Source: an uncultured virus (IMG/VR IMGVR_UViG_3300045996_000972)
Lineage: Duplodnaviria > Heunggongvirae > Uroviricota > Caudoviricetes
Length of the DNA: 20,000 nucleotides
Virus record (IMG/VR): IMGVR_UViG_3300045996_000972
Reading direction: 5' to 3' (one strand)
Shown in pieces: positions 17,182 through 20,000 of the stretch (positions are counted from its first letter, which is position 1; each line of letters starts with the position of its first letter). Under the pieces are notes generated by a model that saw only the letters and a program-made list of their open reading frames with translations, did not search any database and had not been told where the DNA came from. Made by a program: the position numbers and the translations under genes.

Positions 17182-17919
17182 TTATACACACGCTCCCCGG
17201 CTGGCGATACGCTTACATTCGGCAGCAGCATTGGTCAACAGTTTCTCCCGATCTTGTCCGGCCATGGCGCGCCACTGATCCGGCGTAACATCAGCGAACA
17301 AGTGTTTTGCTTTATCCGCGCCCACCAGCTTGTTAAGGTAATATTGAACCTTCCACAATGCGTTATCCAGATCATCAATATTAACGGCCAGCGCAATGTG
17401 CCCTTCCACCTCAATTTCTCTTATGCGCTGTTCGTCAAAATTGATTTCATGGAAAAGGTTTTCTCCGGTCTTGATGATCTTAACCAGCACCTTCACCGTA
17501 TCATTAGCGGCGTCTGTGAGCAGCTTAACGTCTTTAGCTTGCGTATATGTCAAACTGATTTTAAGCAGCCCTAATAGCCCCGCAGCAACGTCTTGATACA
17601 TTTCAGGTGTCATTTGCAGTTCGGCAGCATTGGCCGCAATGAAAGAGGATAGCTTATTGATGGCGGCGTAGTCATTCCCGCCGACTGTCTTTGTTTCGTA
17701 GTGGCCGTTATCAGTGTTTAGCACCAGATACAAAAAGGGTGAATAGGTGCTTTTCTTTTCGGCGTTCAGTCGTCCGTTCTTCGGGTTGATCGTTTGGAAA
17801 ACGCTTCTAAACCCTTTTCCCTTTACGAACTCAATCGAAAAGTAGGCAGTGGTGCGTAGTCGCCCGTATGGGTAGTTATCTACACTTTGCTTTTCTCTAA
17901 TTGGTAAAATCTTCAACAT
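17182..17919 (-). CDS. Hypothetical protein
   Basis: 245 aa containing VDNYPYGRLRT and QTINPKNGRLNAEKKSTY; ATG at 17919 follows AACTGATACC-A and avoids overlap with the upstream gene. Confidence 0.8.
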   Translation of the reverse strand: MLKILPIREKQSVDNYPYGRLRTTAYFSIEFVKGKGFRSVFQTINPKNGRLNAEKKSTYSPFLYLVLNTDNGHYETKTVGGNDYAAINKLSSFIAANAAELQMTPEMYQDVAAGLLGLLKISLTYTQAKDVKLLTDAANDTVKVLVKIIKTGENLFHEINFDEQRIREIEVEGHIALAVNIDDLDNALWKVQYYLNKLVGADKAKHLFADVTPDQWRAMAGQDREKLLTNAAAECKRIASRGACV

Positions 17920-17929
17920 TGGTATCAGT

Positions 17930-18172
17930 TTATGTGGTTTGAAAATATCCTTCACCTATCGCCCATTCATACAATTCCGCCTCCAGCTTGGCAAGGTCTT
18001 TTGAAACGTCACACCAGTTGCCAATCTCTAAACAATAATCTCCCTCAGCGGTGAATGTTATAAATAATTCGGAAGGGTATATATAGGCGGGTATTCCCTT
18101 GTCTTCTGGATAGCCCGTTGCAACGTCCAGTGTTTTCAACTGCTTGCCAGCTTGGAATTGTGATAGCGTCAT
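17930..18172 (-). CDS. Hypothetical protein
   Basis: 80 aa; the stop codon overlaps the motif at 17921-17930. Confidence 0.7.
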   Translation of the reverse strand: MTLSQFQAGKQLKTLDVATGYPEDKGIPAYIYPSELFITFTAEGDYCLEIGNWCDVSKDLAKLEAELYEWAIGEGYFQTT

Positions 18173-18175
18173 GGG

Positions 18176-18418
18176 TTATAGGTTTATCATTATCCCGAAA
18201 TGGTGAAATGGTACATAGCGATACAGGACATTCAATCGCAGCATCATCCGTATGCTATGCTTGTTCATGTAGCGGAACTCCTGATCGGCTCGGAACAATC
18301 GCATAAACTCCGCTTTCGCTTCGTTTGCTGTGTAGTCATAATACTCTGGTGTGCCTTGCTTTTTCTTTATACTGGCAACCAGTCGTTTTATATCTCTGTT
18401 TAATTCTTGCGTGGTCAT
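18176..18418 (-). CDS. Hypothetical protein
   Basis: 80 aa; AACTGATACA-ATG. Confidence 0.7.
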   Translation of the reverse strand: MTTQELNRDIKRLVASIKKKQGTPEYYDYTANEAKAEFMRLFRADQEFRYMNKHSIRMMLRLNVLYRYVPFHHFGIMINL

Positions 18419-18443
18419 TGTATCAGTTTATAATGTGATTGAA

Positions 18444-18764
18444 TTAGCGCATACTACTGAGCTGAATTTTGGCGGCCTGTTCATCCGTCAATCCAAATAT
18501 CAACCGGTTCAGTTCTTCAAGTATATCCTGCGACTCGTCATAGGTCACGGTTTCATTGAAACAAACCCATGTAGGGAAATATCCCGATTCATCCATTTCA
18601 GCTATGCCTATCATGTGGCCGTTCTTGTTGTAGTTACTTACGAACGCAACCCGCTTGCCTTTGAACCTTTGGTCCATAACAATGCGCCATAACAAGGAAT
18701 GGAACAGACCGTTTACTTTGTCTTTGAATTGGTCGTATGCCTTGTTCATATTATCTATGTTCAT
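18444..18764 (-). CDS. Hypothetical protein
   Basis: 106 aa containing IGIAEMDESGYFP and LNRLIFGLTDEQAAKIQLSSM. Confidence 0.7.
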   Translation of the reverse strand: MNIDNMNKAYDQFKDKVNGLFHSLLWRIVMDQRFKGKRVAFVSNYNKNGHMIGIAEMDESGYFPTWVCFNETVTYDESQDILEELNRLIFGLTDEQAAKIQLSSMR

Positions 18765-18798
18765 AGTGATGATTTTAGTGTGTTATTGAATTGACTGG

Positions 18799-19020
18799 TT
18801 AAATATTGTTGCGCTTGCGGTGTTCAGAATACGCCCAATTACTAGCGAACGCATCCATATCCTGACCGCGAAAAACATCATAGGCGCTCTTATATCCATT
18901 GGTGTTACGCTTCTCAACTTCGGCCTCTAATACAGCGTAGGCGGCATCTGATAGTTTAATTTTAAGTTCTTCCAGTTGACGGGCTTGTACTTCTAAAGCA
19001 TCTTTAATTGTGAATGACAT
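18799..19020 (-). CDS. Hypothetical protein
   Basis: 73 aa; AACTGATACC-ATG. Confidence 0.7.
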   Translation of the reverse strand: MSFTIKDALEVQARQLEELKIKLSDAAYAVLEAEVEKRNTNGYKSAYDVFRGQDMDAFASNWAYSEHRKRNNI

Positions 19021-19067
19021 GGTATCAGTTTTACAAATTAATTAATACAGTGTGCAGTCTATTTGCA

Positions 19068-19574
19068 TCATAGCAAACCTTCATCCGCGAAGGAATAATA
19101 ACCAGCATCGGAGATTATAACATGGTCCAATACTTGAATATCAAAGTATCGCGCAGCCTCTTTTATTTTCCATGTTAAATCTTGATCGGCTTGACTTGGT
19201 TTAAGGCTTCCGGATGGGTGATTGTGTGATAAAACGATGGCAGTAGCAGCGCAGTCTAATGCAGCCTTGATAATTATTCGCGGGTCGGCCACTGTGCCAG
19301 TAATGCCACCCTTACTTACAGAAAAGAAACCAACGACTTTGTTTGAACGGTTGAGGCAAAAGAGTAGAAATTCCTCTTGATAGCCTACCGTGTTTTCGTC
19401 ATAGCACTCCTTGATGATGTTCGCGAAATCGGCTGAATAAGTGACTTGAAACATTTCAGTGGATGGCACTTTGTGGGAATACTTCATTTGCCACTCAATT
19501 TTGGGAATCCTTGCGCTATTGATAGGCGATAATGCAAGGCTTAACTGTTGAATTTCTTGCTGTCTTTTGTTCAT
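19068..19574 (-). CDS. radC: RadC-family JAB/MPN domain protein
   Basis: QEEFLLFCLNRSNKVVG, SKGGITGTVADPRII, SHNHPSGSLKPSQAD, VLDHVII and YYSFADEGLL; no N-terminal HhH. Confidence 0.93.
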   Translation of the reverse strand: MNKRQQEIQQLSLALSPINSARIPKIEWQMKYSHKVPSTEMFQVTYSADFANIIKECYDENTVGYQEEFLLFCLNRSNKVVGFFSVSKGGITGTVADPRIIIKAALDCAATAIVLSHNHPSGSLKPSQADQDLTWKIKEAARYFDIQVLDHVIISDAGYYSFADEGLL

Positions 19575-19660
19575 GGTATCAGTTTTTTAAAACAACAACG
19601 GTCGGTGTTTAGCGGCTCAGCCTGTTGGCGTTTGGCGATCTTTCCGCCGTTGTTGCACAA

Positions 19661-19685
19661 CAAAGTTATACATATACAACATAAT
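19661..19685 (-). promoter_or_regulatory. Bacteroidota-type promoter for the first minus-arm gene
   Basis: Perfect -7 box TAACTTTG preceded by ATTATGTTGTATATGTA, similar to the spacers of the other two promoters; no clear TTTG -33 box. Confidence 0.7.
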
Positions 19686-19706
19686 ATTCCTACGGTTTTA
19701 GGGACG

Positions 19707-19754
19707 AACGGTAATAACCAGTGATAAACGGTAAAATAGAATGGATGAACGGTA
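19707..19754 (+). repeat. Three phased AACGGTA direct repeats
   Basis: Copies start at 19707, 19727 and 19748. Confidence 0.6.
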
Positions 19755-20000
19755 TAAATGAAAGGATAAAAGGAGTGATATATGTGCAATATGTAGGGAT
19801 GCTAATAATAGCAATAGCAATATTGCGCAATGCAAAAACCACATATACCAAGGCAAACCCATATCATGCGCGCACCATGACCACCGCAATACATTGTACC
19901 CACCAGACAGGGGAAGGGAAACAGCGTGACGGGTACGGGGCTGGCGGCCCGGCTGGCGGCCGGGGCGGACCGGCCGGGGCGTGGCACCGGCTGGCGGGGG

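Larger units (their letters stand above)
7381..19584 (-). repeat. Dispersed start-associated motif AACTGATA(C/A/G)
   Basis: Copies at 7381-7390, 7702-7711, 9771-9780, 10934-10943, 12894-12903, 15262-15271, 17163-17172 (GACTGATACC), 17921-17930, 18419-18428, 19021-19030 and 19575-19584. Confidence 0.9.

Noticed and set aside
7381..19584. Motif copies as a CRISPR array or integron attC sites
   Set aside because: The repeat is only 8-10 nt, irregularly spaced and non-palindromic; no cas or integrase gene is in the window.
19571..19987. Three short minus-strand ORFs at the right end
   Set aside because: They run across the promoter, leader and repeats and have aberrant low-complexity translations.

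Overview
A 20-kb segment of a tailed dsDNA phage or prophage, most likely infecting Bacteroidota. The host inference rests on TTTG-N19-TAnnTT(T/A)G promoters, A-rich leaders without a Shine-Dalgarno sequence, and Bacteroidota-phage-type TerL and RadC. Bases 1-6932 (+) are the end of a late module: a ~1000-aa probable virion protein with a C-terminal helix-hairpin-helix, two hypotheticals, a ~720-aa terminase large subunit, another hypothetical and a secreted protein. This arm meets a convergent minus-strand arm at a bidirectional terminator (6938-6965). The minus arm (6973-19574) holds 39 tightly packed small early/accessory genes, including RadC/JAB, a minimal ATP-dependent ligase, an HTH protein, DUF6166-like, ASCH-like and Zn-finger proteins, and a small lipoprotein. 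The most striking non-coding signals are: (i) a strand-specific motif AACTGATA(C/A/G) shortly upstream of about 11 minus-arm start codons; (ii) three related promoters, two within a duplicated ~70-bp promoter+leader module; (iii) a 50-nt tRNA-shaped element with acceptor stem, D-like arm and T arm but no anticodon arm; (iv) a structured first leader, phased AACGGTA repeats and a G-rich tail at the right end. All product calls come from motif recognition by eye; no searches were run.
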